From the NCBI RefSeq assembly GCF_004010195.1, contig NC_057720.1, positions 35,018,711-35,082,710 of the forward strand: 64,000 nucleotides of DNA, given 5' to 3'. The DNA comes from Chiloscyllium plagiosum (Eukaryota). Positions 23,069 to 36,830 of this stretch are shown piece after piece (position 1 is the first letter of the stretch; each line of letters opens with the position of its first letter). Below the pieces are notes generated by a model that did not search any database, was not told the origin of the DNA, and saw only the letters and a program-made list of their open reading frames with translations. Both the position numbers and the translations under genes were made by a program.

Positions 23069-24774
23069 TTATGATTTAATATTATTGAACTCAATGTTGA
23101 GTTCAGAAGGCTGTAGAGTGTTGAGTCAAAAGATGAGGTTCCTTGCCTCAAGTTTGCTTTGTGCTACACTGGAGTACTGTAGCAAGCCACGGACAGAACG
23201 TTCAGAGTGAAAGCAAATCTCCTACATTAGGATTCTCCACCAACTTTGACTATACCTTTAACTTGCAGGGATTGAGCTGGGTCCTCAGATTAGAAGGCAG
23301 GTTATCCAAAAGCCTTGCCTTCATTTATATTGTAATCTCCCAAAACAGCGCAGAGAGCAAGCTGCCGAATGCTGCTCTAATCAACTATACCATCCAGTAT
23401 GAATTAAGGATTATGTACAAGCCTAGAGTGATACCAGTGCCTATGAGTGATGTCCACACTGACTGTAGGTTCTTTGTAGCAATGAGAGTATAACTGGCAC
23501 CATTACAGTGTTGCCTGGTCACCTACTCATCATTCTTGCCTGTTTAACTTGATGTTTACAGCTAAGATCCTGTGAACACTGCAATCTGTGCAAATCTCTA
23601 ATCAGGTAAAACCTGGATACTATAATCATTTCAAGCACAAATGATTTGTGATTTCTCCCAACCAACCTACCTCTTGATCTGTTTAATTTGATAATCCCTG
23701 AGCCAAGCCAGGGGGCTTCAACTCACCCAACGATTGCCAGAGATAATCGTTCTGCTTTAAAGTAAATCACCAGCCCTTAATTACCAGTCATAAACTTTGA
23801 AAATTCAGACAAATAATGGATACTTCATTGCAATTAGAATGCTAAAATATTTAAAAGGGCATGATCATGGTTTTGGGGCATTTTCAAGCAGACTGGATCC
23901 CTGGAGCAGTTTGGCTCAATAACTTCAGAGCTGACATCTCAGAAAAATGGCAACATTATGTTGCAAATGATGTTATATGGAATATTTTGTGTTGTTTCTC
24001 TGATCAATAACCTAACAAGGTCATTTCAAAGTTACCTTACTGGGTTAAAAATAATAATCCTAAAAAGGTGATGTTATTTACCTTCAATATTGTCAAATTT
24101 CAATGGCTTTTCATATTTCAAAATGGTAAGTGTACTCATGGTATCATAACCTAATCTCATACTTTTGTCTGATGTTATTGGAGGAGCTCAAAACACCATT
24201 AAATGTGTTTATGACCAGTCTCCAAATGTGGGTCTCCAATTTGTTACAGTTCCAGATGGTATAATTTCACATTAGAGCTCCTGGGTGAACAGGAGTGAAC
24301 TGTCTCCCTGTCTTTATTCACTGATCCCCACGGTTATTGTAACAAGATCATTTAAAAGGATCCCTTTCCTTGTGGAGAACTTTCTCCCAGTGGGGAAAGA
24401 AACCTTCCTTTTGTTTACCTACAGTGCACGGATGATTAATGGCTGTTTTCAAAATGTAACCTTTACAACACTCTGCTCCAGACCACTAACACAGATAGAT
24501 TAGGGCTTGTAACCCCATTATGTGCTCATTCCTTGAAGGGCAAAACACAAATGTGCACAGGAGGCGTCCAGCCTCACCTATCATTTCTGTTTTAGTTTGT
24601 CTGTTGACGGTTTCCTGACTCCATACAGTTATTCCAAGAGTCCACTCCACCAGATAGACAGTCATTCACTTCATATGTGGAGTCATCTTTTGGCTGTAAC
24701 AGTCTCTTTTAAAATTAGATGTTGGAGTTACAGATTTGATATATCCCAAAGTATTTTGGGAATCTTATCCATCA

Positions 24775-25075
24775 TCATGGGGGCTTTCAAGACTAGGGGG
24801 TATATTTTTAAGGTTAAAGAAGAAAATTTAAAAAAAAATGAAGGGCATTTTGTTTTTAAAATACAGAGTGGTTCATGTGTGGAATGAACATCCAGACAAA
24901 GTGATAAATGTTGATACAGTTACAACATTTAAAAGACATTTAGATAAGTACATGAATACAAAGTGTTTGGGGGGATATGGGCAAAAGAGAGGCAGGTGGG
25001 ACTGGATTAGTTTGGGATTATGGTCAGCATGGACTGGGGATCAAAGGTCTGTATTGTGCTGTATGACTCTATGAT
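24775..25075 (+). mobile_element. CR1 3' fragment
   Basis: RVVHVWNE...TFKRHLDKYMN; tatgactctatga tail. Confidence 0.85.
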
Positions 25076-26127
25076 GTTTCCCCCACATGGAGGGTTTTTC
25101 TCATTACAAAGGCAAAAAATTAACTATATAAGACAACAAGCACACTCAAGCATATACATTTATGTTCCTAGCCTCAGTCATTATTATCGTTTCAGTCCTA
25201 ACAGGCGTCTTTAAGGTCTGGGCAGAGCATTTGCAATCACATTCAATTTTCTGGCAATTACCAGATTGCCAGCAGTATAGGTGGTGTTCCCCCATTCAGA
25301 CATACATCTCAAAATGTTTGCACCAAGAATAAACTAAGACTTCCTTCCATTCTTTGAAGTGCCATTTCCAATCTTTGGATAAATATCCAATTGGTCTCAC
25401 TATTCCAGATTCCTGAGGGATGACAGCCCCTACCCAATCTCACTCACGACAATGGCTACTTTAAATTTTGGTTGCAGTTTGGAGCTGCAAGCACACGTTC
25501 ACTGTTTAAAATGGCCTTCTCCCTTTCAAAAGCTGTTTGACATTTTTCAGTCCATTATATCTTTGCTTTTTTCTAAAGTAGGTCTGTCAACCCTAAAGTT
25601 TGGGACAAATATTTGGTAGAAATTTCAGATCACCAAGAACCTCACAATTTGCTGGAATGGGTAACTGTTCTACTGCCCAGCCTCACCCTTATATCCTCAT
25701 AATTTTATTCAGTTTCAGTGCTCCATCACAGGTGATGATCTTTATGATCCTCACCTTTAATATTAGCTTCAATCCTTTATTATCCCCATTGCCCCTATAG
25801 CTATTACTCTCTCCTCTGCAACCCCAGTTTGGTCCCTCTATTTCCCTAATCCTTCTTATGCCCCTGATAGCCACATTCTTTACACTGCATGTAAATCCCT
25901 GGTTTTCCTTTCCAACCACAATCTTCCTGTTTCTTTTTTTTTGCTAATCCCCCTTTTGGATATATCCCTGTTTTAGGTGATCCCCTTTTAAGTTGTTCCC
26001 TCTGTCAAGATGAGGCCCACTCTCCTGCCTTAATCAGATTTGCTGAAATCAGGCAATATGGCTTGCTCCAGCCTGGGCTAGAAAATGGCTCAGTTTGCCT
26101 TCAGCTCTAACTCTGGAAATGTTTAAC

Positions 26128-26952
26128 AATAGAACATAGAACAGTAAAGCTCAGTACAGGCCCTTCGGCCCACAATGTTGTGCTGATCATTTATCTTAAT
26201 CGAAGATCAACCTGACCTACACATCCCTCAATTTACTGCCATTCATGTGCTTGTCCAGCAGTCGCTTAAATGTCCCTAATGTCTCTGACTCTACCATCAC
26301 CGCTGGCAGTACATTCCATGTACCCACCACTCTCTGCGTAAAGAACCTACTTCTGACATCTCCCCATACCTTCCTCCAATCAACTTAAAATTATGACCCC
26401 TTGTGACAGCCATTTTGCCCTGGAGAAATGTCTCTGGCTATCTACACCATCAATCCTCTCATTATCTTATACACCTTTATCAAGTCATCTCCCTTCCTTC
26501 TTCTGTCCAGTGTGAAAAGCCCTAGCTCACTCAAACCCTCTTTTTTAAGACAAACTCTCCAATCCAGGCAGCATCCTGGTAAATCTCCTCTGCACTCACT
26601 GTAAAGCATCCACATCCTTCCTATACTGAGGCAACCAAAACTGAACACAATATTCCCTGTGTGGTCTAACCAGGATTTTACAGAGCTGCAGCAAAATCTC
26701 ATGGCTCTTAATCTCAATCCCCCTGTTAATGAAAGCCAAAACACCATACATGTTCTTAACAACCCCATCAACATGGGTAGCAACTTTGAGGGATCTATGT
26801 ACATGGACCCCAAGATCCCGTTGTTCCTCCACACTGCCAAGAATCCAGTTTTTCACTCTGTATTCAACATTCAACCTTCCAAAATGAATCACTTCGCATT
26901 TATCCAGGTTGAACTCCATCTACCACTTTTCAGCGCAGCTCTGCAACCTGTC
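26128..26952 (-). mobile_element. CR1 3' ~800 bp, (TATGTTC)-tail subfamily
   Basis: ORF 26596-26919 (MEFNLDKCEVIHFG...EYCVQFW). Confidence 0.9.
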
Positions 26953-29037
26953 AATAGGAAGGCAGACTGCCAGTGACTAAGAGTTCTTGTGTATCAGTTG
27001 ATAGGGAGAGCTTAATACTGTAAGTGATTGTACAAAGAAATGAATTGCTTATGAAGGAACCAAGTAACAAAAGATGTTTGTACTCAAAAAAGCTCACAGG
27101 AATTAATATTTACCAGGTAATGTTCCCTAAATATAGTCAGGCTTGTGAACATAACATGTTTCCATTTTTGGCTCCTGTGAAGGTAATTCCAATGAGTTGG
27201 GGTGAAAATGACGATTCCAGGAATATAGGAGAAGAAGTAGACTATTCAGCCCCTTGAGCCCACTCCACTATTCTAATCATGGCTGATCATCTACCTCAAC
27301 ATCACATCAATCAGTTGAGGCTGTCAGTGTAGCCATCTCTTTGAATAATCTATGGTGAAGGTCATGGGTCCCAGAGTTCTGTCAACTTCTGTCTCACTAA
27401 TTTCTCCAATGCTACTTTTTCACAAATACTAAGTTCTTTCAATTCCATATTCTCGTGGATCCTTGGATCTTAGTTATTCCAGGGAATCTTCTTGTGTCTT
27501 CCTCTGTACAGACAGGCACATTGCTTTTTTGCAGCATAGATGGGAGTTGCACACTGGGACTCTGCAGAAGCCCTGGCATAACAGACTCAAAAAAAAAAGG
27601 AATGGGAAGGCAGGAACAATAGTAGGCTATTCTGCTGCCAAGTTTGCTCCCTCATTAAGTAGCTGAACACTTCAATGTCTTTTACTCACACTATCCCCAT
27701 AATCCTTTATGATCAAAATTGCACACAGAACTCCAGGCATTTAGTTACATTGGCGATTTTGGAGGGTTCCACTTCTGTTGTATTAATATTCAGGAAAAAA
27801 GTTAGAAGTTTAAAAATCTAGTCCAGGTCCTGGGAACTATTAAACTGATATTCAAAAAGGACAATTTGTGCGAAGAGTGGATTCACTCGTTGTCTTGTAA
27901 CCTTTAAAGAGGTAAACTTGTAATTCCAAGGCATTTAAGCTTATGGGCCAAGTGCAGGATTAATGGATTAGAATAGTTAGGTGGTTATTTTGACTTGGGC
28001 AGACTTAATGTGCTAAAGGGTCTTTTTGTGTAATGTAGACCTCTATGATTCCAGAAACCAGGATCAAACCCAAACAGGATGTTTGAAGCTTATTAAGTGC
28101 AAAGGAAATGGATTCAAAACAATTTTACACTGGGAGCTGAAGGAAAGGATATATGCACTGTGTTGCTCTTTGATATAGTTTGATAGTTTATCAAGAATGG
28201 GGCTGTGTCAAAAATTGGAAAACAAATGTGTACCTTTATTCAAAAGTGAAGGAAAAATCTGAAAACTCTATAGATAATTGGGTCCAATTCAGAGAGACAA
28301 AGCATCTAAATGATGTGATTAATTAAATGAAGATTGAGATCATAAAAGAGTTTCAGGAGAGATGCAAAGAGGCTTCAGGAAACTAAATCATTTCTGACAA
28401 TGCTGATCCACCTCCTGGAACTGGAATAGCATTGGCAACATATTCGTTATCAGCCTCGAGATACCACCCACGCCCTCCACCTCCTCCAAGACTTCCGTTT
28501 CCCCGGCCCCCAACATCTCATCTTCACCATGGATATCCAATCCATCTACATCTCCATCTGCCATGACCAGGGCCTCCAAGCCCTCCGTTTTTTCCTCTCC
28601 CGACATCCCCAACAGTACCCTTCCACGACACTCTCATTCGTTTGGCCAAACTGGTCCTCACCCTTAACAATTTCTCCTTCGAATCCTCCCACTTCCTCCA
28701 GACCAAAGGGGTAGCCATGGGCACATGTATGGGCCCCAGCTATGCCTGTCTCTTTGTTGGCTACGTAGAACAGTCGATCTTGCTTAATTACACAGGCACC
28801 ACTCCCCACCTCTTCCTCCGCTACATTGATGACTGCATTGGCGCCACCTCTTGCTCCCGCGAGGAGGTTGAGCAATTCATCAACTTCACCAACACATTCC
28901 ACCCTGACCTTGAATTTACCTGGACCATCTCTGACACCTCCCTCCCCTTCCTGGACCTCTCCATCTCCATTAATGATGACCGACTTGACACGGAAATTTT
29001 TACAAACCCACCGACTCCCACAGCTACCTGGATTACA

Positions 29038-30000
29038 NNNNNNNNNNNNNNNNNNNNNNNNNNNNNNNNNNNNNNNNNNNNNNNNNNNNNNNNNNNNNNN
29101 NNNNNNNNNNNNNNNNNNNNNNNNNNNNNNNNNNNNNNNNNNNNNNNNNNNNNNNNNNNNNNNNNNNNNNNNNNNNNNNNNNNNNNNNNNNNNNNNNNNN
29201 NNNNNNNNNNNNNNNNNNNNNNNNNNNNNNNNNNNNNNNNNNNNNNNNNNNNNNNNNNNNNNNNNNNNNNNNNNNNNNNNNNNNNNNNNNNNNNNNNNNN
29301 NNNNNNNNNNNNNNNNNNNNNNNNNNNNNNNNNNNNNNNNNNNNNNNNNNNNNNNNNNNNNNNNNNNNNNNNNNNNNNNNNNNNNNNNNNNNNNNNNNNN
29401 NNNNNNNNNNNNNNNNNNNNNNNNNNNNNNNNNNNNNNNNNNNNNNNNNNNNNNNNNNNNNNNNNNNNNNNNNNNNNNNNNNNNNNNNNNNNNNNNNNNN
29501 NNNNNNNNNNNNNNNNNNNNNNNNNNNNNNNNNNNNNNNNNNNNNNNNNNNNNNNNNNNNNNNNNNNNNNNNNNNNNNNNNNNNNNNNNNNNNNNNNNNN
29601 NNNNNNNNNNNNNNNNNNNNNNNNNNNNNNNNNNNNNNNNNNNNNNNNNNNNNNNNNNNNNNNNNNNNNNNNNNNNNNNNNNNNNNNNNNNNNNNNNNNN
29701 NNNNNNNNNNNNNNNNNNNNNNNNNNNNNNNNNNNNNNNNNNNNNNNNNNNNNNNNNNNNNNNNNNNNNNNNNNNNNNNNNNNNNNNNNNNNNNNNNNNN
29801 NNNNNNNNNNNNNNNNNNNNNNNNNNNNNNNNNNNNNNNNNNNNNNNNNNNNNNNNNNNNNNNNNNNNNNNNNNNNNNNNNNNNNNNNNNNNNNNNNNNN
29901 NNNNNNNNNNNNNNNNNNNNNNNNNNNNNNNNNNNNNNNNNNNNNNNNNNNNNNNNNNNNNNNNNNNNNNNNNNNNNNNNNNNNNNNNNNNNNNNNNNNN
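29038..30000. other. Assembly gap, 963 N, inside the PLE
   Basis: Counted from coordinates; flanks are collinear parts of one element type. Confidence 0.99.
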
Positions 30001-30123
30001 CCCTCTCCTCCCTGACCTATCACCTTCATCCCCTCCCCCACTCACCTATTGTACTCTAAGCTACTTTCTCCCCACCACCACCTCCTCTAGCTTATCTCTC
30101 CACCCTTCAGGCTCTCTGCCTGT

Positions 30124-30159
30124 ATTCCTGATGAAGGGCTTTTGCCCGAAACGTCGATT
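30124..30159 (+). ncRNA. Minimal hammerhead ribozyme motif in a PLE terminal repeat
   Basis: CTGATGA-A-GGGC-TTTT-GCCC-GAAAC-GTC with an intact core. Confidence 0.7.
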
Positions 30160-30679
30160 TTACTGCTCCTCGGATGCTGCCTGAACTGCTGTGCTCTTCC
30201 AGCACCACTAATCCAGAATCATGACATGTGGTTAATTTCAAATCCAAATGAGGTCAATAACAAATTTTGATCAGTCAATAAAACTTTACAGTGCCAGTCG
30301 GTACATGCTCTCAATACTCGTTTTCACAGTGCATGCTTGTGTGTGTTGGTAAAAGTGGTAAGACAAACTGCAGTATGGGTGTAATTTTTTATTTTAGTTT
30401 GTGCTTTACTTTCTCAGTCACTTCTTATTGCTCATCTATTCAAATGGTGTGTATCATAAGTGAAAACAAGATACTTCAGCCTCATTGAGACACCAGTAAC
30501 ATTGTATGCAGAGTGAAGATTGTTAAGAGTTCGATTAGAATAATCTCTTTCAGTCTGCAGAAGAAACCAAGCCCAAGAATCAGCTCGCACCAGCAAAGTC
30601 TTATCAGCAAAAGACAAGGAACATTCAATTGCTCTCTAGCTGGAAGCAAAGACAGTCTGAGCCTGTCTGCTTTCTGAGA

Positions 30680-30930
30680 TAATGATAAAAGATCCCACTA
30701 TCCTACATGAGGAACAGAGTTCTCCCAATGTTCTGCAAAGTACTTATCCTGAAACATTACCAAAATAAAATCCCAACAGGTTGTGTGATTGTTATCTCTT
30801 TGGAAGCTTTTTGTGCACAAATTGACTTCTGTTTCTACTACATTACAACAGTGCTTGTATTTTAAACACAGTTAAGTACTATGTGATGTCCTGAGGTCAT
30901 GAATTGCATTATATGTGTTCTTCTTTCTTT
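30680..30930 (+). mobile_element. Old Deu-domain-type SINE remnant
   Basis: aaagatccca..., tgtgcacaaattg, ctacattacaacagtg and gatgtcctgaggtcatgaa resemble the DeuSINE body and tail. Confidence 0.55.
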
Positions 30931-32074
30931 AACATATGTTAAGCTTACAATAGGAAGGGAGGTTGAAGATTTGATATGATGTGGTACAGAATTATTTATT
31001 TAAGTTTGACCTGATAGTAGCACTCACTGGGGAATGAATTTGGACCTCCCATATATGGGTGCTTCACTCACACTGTCAATGGCCAGTGTCCCCATGATGA
31101 TCATTCATGGGGACACTGGCTTTTTTGTTACCTTCTTGAATATTCTAACATTCTCTTCACCAACCTTCCTTATTCCATATTTCAGACATTTCAGTTCATT
31201 CAAAATGTTGGTGCCTTTTATACTATCCCAAGTCAGGCTCACTCAAAGTCTGTCCTCATTGACACCTGGTCACCCAGTACCTTCAATTAAAAATTCTCAC
31301 AGAGCACATTAAACCTTCTATTGCTTTGCCCCTTCCTACCTCTTAGCATCATCCAGTCCTGCATTAGGTTCTCCTGTGTTCTTCTTTCCCGAAATGAGTT
31401 CAAATTAACTGCATCAACCTCACAGTCTGGAAGTTCCTCCTTAATCCTTCTACGTCTCCACCTCTTTTCAAAACAATCTTTTTGTATCGTTTCCTGAAAC
31501 ATCTTCTCAACATCTATCTTGTGTCTCATTACATCTCTAGGTAATATTTGGGATAAGTTTCTGAATAATGATGCTGCATAAATGCAAGTTGTTGCATGAA
31601 TCTCGGACATCCTTGTGCCAAAAATAAAAATATAAATGATCTTATAGGATAAGGGATCATGAATATGACACATTTTCTAAAGAGCTGGAAGAGTAAACAA
31701 ACTGGGGCCAGCTGAGCTTTTCCAGCAATTTCTGTTTTTGTAACAAATTGGGACTGTTGAATAAACACACATGAAAGAGCCCCTGCCAATATTTGACTGT
31801 TCATAGTAAATGCAGTCCCTGCACAAATACTGAGTCACAGTTGCTGTACAAAAACAGACCATTATTAGCCAAGTTTTTACAAAAAAATCATTGCCTCTGT
31901 TAATTTGTTTAGCAGATTGTTGTGGTTAGTGTGTTAGTGAGTCACCCTCGAAAAGCAAAAATAAAAGTAAATATTTGCTAGAAGATTGGAAAACAGCAAG
32001 AAGTATTTAGCTACTCAAGTGATATCTGGTCTATTATAGCTACCAACTTTCTAAATCATAAAGCTTAGGAAGAG

Positions 32075-32286
32075 TCAAGACCCTCCCCAGCTACCTTTCC
32101 CCCCCCGAGCCCCACCTTCACCCTCCCATTTATCTCTCAGCCTCCTTCTCGCTCCATATTCCTGATGAAGGATTTATGCCCGAAACGTCAATTCTCCTGC
32201 TCCTTGGCAGCTGCCTGACCTGCTGTGCTTTTCCAGCTTCATAATTTTCAACTGATCTCCAACGTCTGCAGTCCTCACTTTCTCCT
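32075..32286 (+). mobile_element. PLE terminal repeat
   Basis: CTGATGA...GAAACGTC at 32162-32189 (stem II damaged); ends with CTGCAGTCCTCACTTT. Confidence 0.85.
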
Positions 32287-32459
32287 ATTCAGGAATAAAG
32301 CTTGCTCTTCCCCATTGTGTCAAATATGCGTATGGATTCTGAACATTTTGTTTCATGAGTAAGATGCTGGATTAAAGTTGTAGCTTCTTTGCCGGCTTGC
32401 TATAGTGTTTGGATGAACAAGGGGCAGCTCAGATTGTTCTGTTTTGGGTGGGGCGGGGG

Positions 32460-32668
32460 TCGATTGGCTGGATGGCTGGTTTGCAAAGCAGAATACTGCC
32501 AACAGCATAGGTTCAATTCTCACGCCAGCTGAGGCTCCCATGAAGCTCCTACTTTCTTAACCTCTCCACTCACCTGAAGTAGAGTGATCCTCGGGTAAAA
32601 TCACCACCAGTTGTCTCTTTCTAATGACAGAGCAACACTATGGTCTGATAAAACTAAGGCGATTTTAG
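32460..32668 (+). mobile_element. Second tRNA-derived SINE family, old copy
   Basis: B-box-like GGTTCAATTCT followed by a body unlike HE1 (aaatcaccaccagttgtctct). Confidence 0.5.
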
Positions 32669-35054
32669 CTGGGGGAAAGTAATAAAGCATTACGTTCTAG
32701 TATATTCATCTATTGCACATCTTCATGTCAGAGCTTCAGCTTGTAGCCTTCCACAGAATCCCTTATAGCTGCTAAAACCCTGAAGCAATAAATCGTTCAA
32801 GAGACTATGATTCTTCAAATTAAGACTAAGAACAGAAGCACTCCTGTACACGTAACATAAGGACTTAAAAAAATGGGAGTAGGAACAAGCTACTTGGCCA
32901 TTCAATAAAATTATAGCCAATCTGACTGTGACCTTACCTACATTCCCCTCAACCCTTAACTCCCTTATCAATTAAAAATCTAACTCAGCCTTAAATACAT
33001 TCAATGATTCAGCACACATTGCTCATTAGGTAAATTGAAACACTGACAACCCTGAGAGAAGAAATTCCTCCCATTCTCCATTTTTAATTGGAAACTCTTT
33101 ATCTTATCACTCTTTATCCCTATAGCATTCTGCTTTCTCTTTCTATTTAAAAAATATTTTGCTTTTCTATTTTTCCTGGCAAAGTGGACACACTCATATT
33201 TTCCCACATTATACTCCATATGCCAAATGTTAATTGGGAATAATGTCAACATAGTGCTCACTAGATTCATACTGTTTACTATTCAAACAGAAATTGGGCT
33301 ACACAGCTCATTTTGCCTTATCATCCAAACAATGACTCACATTACCATAGCACTCATAACTTCATGTCAGAGCACATAACAGAGCAAGTGATAGCAGCAA
33401 ACTGTGGAAACCTAGCAAAATTATAACTCACATAACTTTGGGGCTGCGATTTCTTTAAGATCAGGCACGACTTGAACCATTCTGATGATGTCACTATTGC
33501 TTCTTCAAAAAAATTAAATAGTTAATCTCATCATATCATGCAAAAAGGTGCTTCCTCTCCACAAGTGTAATAGCACAAAATCTGACCAAAAGAGCTATTT
33601 TAATGACTCAGTGAGCATTTTAAACCATTTTAATGACTCTGAGCATCTTAAACCATTCATACTCTTGAATAAAATGTTCCTGATGAATTGCCATGGGGAT
33701 CAATACAACCTCAATAGAATCAGTTCCTTGGAACCCCACATTTCTTGGTACCTTCCGAGTTCAAGTTTAAGACATTTGCTCAGTTAAGAAAGTGCTGATG
33801 AATTCCCACAGGGATCACGGATCGTCAAAACACAGAAGTGTTGAAAGCCCTATTTCCAAAACCCTGACCCTTCCCCTCATTCAGTTTCAACCGCATGTCT
33901 CAGTCCTATTGGCAGAAACTGACCTACATATTAAATGGTGCCAATCTTCAACCAACTGATATAGGCTCCTGCTCATACATTATCATGCCATTATCATTCT
34001 GATTGCATACTATAGTGTACCTCAAAATTCTTGCAAAGGAATAATAGTAAAGGACTTCTGCCCTTATATATTCCTATTATTTTGGTATTAAGCATTGAGT
34101 TATTTTATGAATCTATTTGCTGAATTACATTATTCAGTTAAGTTTTTTTATCATAATGATTTATTTTGACAAATCTGAAGCATGTATTCTCAAGTAAATC
34201 TAAAGTAGTTGGCGAGGCCGTTTTTAAATTGTCTGGGTCTATTGTCTGGGTCTAGGAGAAGCATTATAACATCCAGTGTTCAAAGAGACATGCTGTCCTG
34301 GCTGTTATTGTTCACCAGCGGATAAAATAGCCATTTAAAGCTCTGAGAGTTTAAAAGGCACTAGCAGCCTGAGGGTGAATGACTTGCATTGTCTGTGGGC
34401 TTCATTAAAGTGTATTAAAAACAGACTCCAGCACGGAAGCTTCTTTGTGGAAGGTTATTTATGGATTACCACCCTCTTTCTTTCTGACTGTTTTTCGCAA
34501 CTAAAAACCTCAGTATCCCATAATACCTTTAGATCATGATAGTTTGGGATCATTCTACTCACCTTTTGCTGAAAAGGCACCAGTGTTCATGAAAGACAAA
34601 GCTCGGGAAACTAATGTTGCCCCTTAATCACTGCACACTCTCCCATGGAATACAGTACACCTTCCTCCTTCCCTCTTATGTCTTGCTTTGGAAGGCAAAC
34701 AAAAAGTGGTGTAAAATTCTTTAGGATTAAAAAGATATATTCATGTAAATCATGGATATAAATGACTGATCGTACATTGTGTGTCATGGTCAGGTAAGGA
34801 GAATCTGTGGTAATGTCTTTCTTATTGTGTAGGAAGCCATGTGTTATGGCTGTTAAGTTACAGGTCATAGTATATCACTGTTACAATGGAAAGTGTGCCA
34901 CTGAAACTAAATGGTTTTGTATAGATTCTTTATTGATGGGGAAGCTGCAAATAATTGTCATTATAGGGGATCAAAAAAGACTGAGTACTTAGTACACTTG
35001 AAAAAGAAAGTTCAATTTGGACACAGTTCAAGAAATACAGATTATTGACATGTT

Positions 35055-36830
35055 TCCATAGGACCATAAAACAATAAAGTGTAAGAGCAGAATAAGTCAT
35101 TTGGACCATCAGGTTTGTTCCACCATTTGAAAATGGTGGAATCCCATTCTCCGGTCTTCTCCCCATAACCCTTGATTCCCTTAATCAAGAATCTGTCTCT
35201 GTCTTAAACACACTGAAATGATTTATCCTCCACAGCCTTCTGCAGCAATGAGTTTCACAGATTCACTATCATCAGGCTGAAAAACCTCCCCCACCTCTCA
35301 GTTCGAAAGGACCATCTCTTCACTCTCAGGCTATGCCCTTGAGTCCTAGTCTCCTCTACTAATGGAATCATCTTCTACAAATCCACTATATCCAGGCGTC
35401 TGAGTATTCTGTAAGTGTCAATCAAATCACCCCCCTCATTCTTCTAAACTCCATCAAGTACAGATCCAGAGGCCTCAAATGCTCCCCATTGTAAAAAGAT
35501 CTTCATCCCCAGGAAGATTTTTCTCAACCTCCTCCTATCAACCCCTTCCAATGTCAGCACATTCTTCCTTAGGAACAGTGCCCAAAACTGCTCACATTAT
35601 TCTAAATGCAGTCTTACCAGAGCCTTGAAATGAATGCTAACATTGTATTTGCATTCCTAACAGTTGACTGAACGTGCACATTAGCCTTGAATCCTGAACT
35701 AGGACTCCGAAGTCCCTTTGTGGTCAGATTTCAGAGTGTTACAAGGGAACATAAATTTAAGGTGAAGGGTGGAAGATATAGGGGGGATGTCAGGGGTAGC
35801 TTCTTTTACCCAGAGAGTGGTGGGGGCATGGAATGCGCTGCCTGTGGGAGTGGCAGAGTCAGAATCATTGGTGACCTTTAAGTGGCAATTGGATAGGTAC
35901 ATGGATAGGTGCTTAAGCTAGGACAAATGTTCGGCACAACATCATGGGCCAAAGGGCCTGTTCTGTGCTGTATTGTTCTATGTTCTATTTCCAAAGACAT
36001 TCCGTATTTAGAAAATACACCTCTGTCCTTCCTACCAAAGTGTATGACCTCAACTTTCCCACATTGTATTCCCTGTGCCACTTCTGTGTCCACTCTCCTG
36101 GCCTGTTCAAGTCTTCTGCAGCCTCCCAGCTTCCTCAACACTACCTATCCCTCTACCTATCTTTGTGTCATCTGCAAACTTAGCAACAGTGCCCCAAGTT
36201 CCTTCATCTAGATCATTAATGTATATTGTGAATAGTTGTGATCCCAACAATAAACTCTGCTCAACTCCACTAGTCATTACTGTGATCCTGAAAAAGACTC
36301 CTTTATGCCCGTTCCCTGCCCCCTGCCAGTCAGCCAATCCTAAATGCCCATCCATGTCCCAATGGGCTACTATCTTATTTAGCAGGCTCTTGTGCGGCAC
36401 CCCAAAGGCCTTCTGGAAATCCAAATAGATCACATCCTTTGGTTCTCCTTTGTCTCACTTGCTCGTTACCTTCTCAAAACATTCGAGCAGATTTACCAGG
36501 CATGACCTTCCCTTGGTGAAGACCTTTTTTGCCATGCATTCCAATTACTCCGTAATCTCAATCTTAATAATGGACTTTAAAATCTTACCAAAGACTGAGA
36601 CCAGGCTAATTGACCCATAGCTTCCTGCCTTCTTAAACAGGGGTATTACATTAGCCATTTTCCAGTCTTCTGGCACCCTCCCTGTGACCAGTGATTCCTG
36701 AAAGATCATCACCAATGCCTCTACAATCTCTTCGGCTACATCAGAAATAAATCTGGTCTTGGTGATTTATCCACCTTCAGACCTTTCAGCTTTCCCAGCA
36801 CCTTCCCCTTTGTAATGGCCACTACATTTA
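35055..36830 (-). mobile_element. Old CR1 ORF2 with a nested plus-strand CR1 3' end (~35730-35990)
   Basis: IYLDFQKAF...INDLDEG...KFADDTKIG on the minus strand; the insert ends in tgttctatgttcta. Confidence 0.88.

Larger units (their letters stand above)
28445..30220 (+). mobile_element. PLE reverse-transcriptase fragment, gap, then terminal repeat
   Basis: FTMDIQSIY, LTLNNFSF, QTKGVAMGTCMGPSYA, FLRYIDD and LPFLD are PLE RT motifs; terminal repeat follows the gap. Confidence 0.93.

Noticed and set aside
34563..34868. 85-aa ORF and a strong minus-strand donor as a coding exon
   Set aside because: Stops occur in all three frames between the plausible acceptors and the donor; at most a non-coding exon.
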